A stretch of 63,791 nucleotides of DNA, the filler included, from Octopus bimaculoides (taxonomy: Eukaryota): NCBI RefSeq assembly GCF_001194135.2. It is 8 parts of 8 records of this genome, joined end to end, with 100 filler letters (N's around TTAATTAATTAA, not from the genome) between each part and the next. Parts side by side here need not be neighbours in the genome. Positions count along the whole stretch, not along the records: positions 62,691 to 63,791 come from NC_068988.1; 7 more parts are not named here. One strand, 5' to 3'. Positions 62,975 through 63,791 of this stretch are shown in pieces; position 1 is the stretch's first letter; each line of letters begins with the position of its first letter. The notes beneath the pieces are model-generated. The model saw only the letters and a program-made list of their open reading frames with translations. It searched no databases and had not been told where the DNA came from. Both the position numbers and the translations under genes were made by a program.

Positions 62975-63050
62975 CCACCAGTGGGGCATGTATTTTTCTG
63001 GGAAAGCTATTGTGGGGGCCTGGGTGGAAATAGGTTGGGAAACATTGGCC
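62975..63050. mobile_element. Right end of a hAT (Charlie-like) MITE
   Basis: GGTTGGGAAACATTG followed by GCCTAGAG (TCTAGA-like target); left end not seen, possibly in the gap. Confidence 0.45.
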
Positions 63051-63791
63051 TAGAGAGAAATAAATTCAACCTAGCCTAGCCTGGAAACAAGTTAATTCGA
63101 CTTAAGTCATTTTTCGGCCTAAGTCGTGTCTCCTGGAACCAATTAACGACGTTGGGTGACGTATGCCTGTACTTGCGTTTTACACTGTAGTATTTTACTC
63201 TATAGTACCGAGTATTTTACACTATAGTACACTATATGCTTGTGTTTTACACTATAGCACCGGGTATTTTTCAATATAGCACTATATACTTATGAGTGGA
63301 TTTGGTAGACGGAAACTGAAACAAGCATGTCGTGTATGTATGTACGCATGCATACACACACACACACACACATATGTATGTATACTGTTTATTATAACGA
63401 TCGTGAGAAAAAACATTTAGTACATCGTGCAAAATATAATTGTTTTATTTACTACTAGCAGAAATACCCGGCTTTGCCAGGGTTAAAGAGAATAATGAAA
63501 TCTAAAAACGCCGTCTAGACTACGCAACCCTCAACTGTTAGTAGCTACGATACCATATTTCTACATTAATAACTCTCCAATCCATGCCAGCATGGAACAT
63601 AGACATTAAGTGGAATGCCAGTCTCTCATCTAGGAGGGCCTTGAAATCAATGTTACCAACTGGGGACTATGTGTGTCGCAGTGATAATAAAAAGACCCAA
63701 AGGAGGTCTGCAACGAAATAATTTTACTCAACACTTTGCAAGTGAATCAGTGGAGGCAAAGATGCGTCTCATTTACTTGACAATTTATGCA

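Noticed and set aside
948-63000. Numerous CVCV/THTH/YIYI, poly-L/S/E/F and X-containing ORFs in the track
   Set aside because: Translations of microsatellites and N-gaps.

Overview
Eukaryotic, AT-rich, repeat-dense genomic DNA from a gapped draft assembly. The SINE and MITE families, the microsatellite load and the retroelement mix point to an octopus or other cephalopod (inference from recognised repeat families, not from a search). Most ORFs in the supplied track are microsatellite or N-gap artefacts. What the sequence supports: (1) A spliced host gene on the minus strand spanning about 55.5 to 33.5 kb. Six phase-consistent 3' exons and two or three 5' exons encode two hydrophobic helices; the protein is unidentified. 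It lies over a CpG-depleted domain with a CpG-rich 5' end. (2) Several Penelope-like elements (PLEs) with C-terminal GIY-YIG endonucleases. One is a stop-free 410-aa endonuclease-only ORF with Asn-rich insertions (14.4-15.6 kb). (3) A structurally complete type I hammerhead ribozyme at 851-957 whose helix II carries a branched insertion, plus four decayed hammerhead remnants. (4) R4/Dong-type and RTE LINE fragments, at least four SINE-like families, and piggyBac-, hAT- and Tc1/mariner-type MITEs. (5) Three long inverted-repeat pairs, a 1.7-kb CpG-dense (ACGA)n satellite with higher-order structure, and seven artificial TTAATTAATTAA gap linkers.
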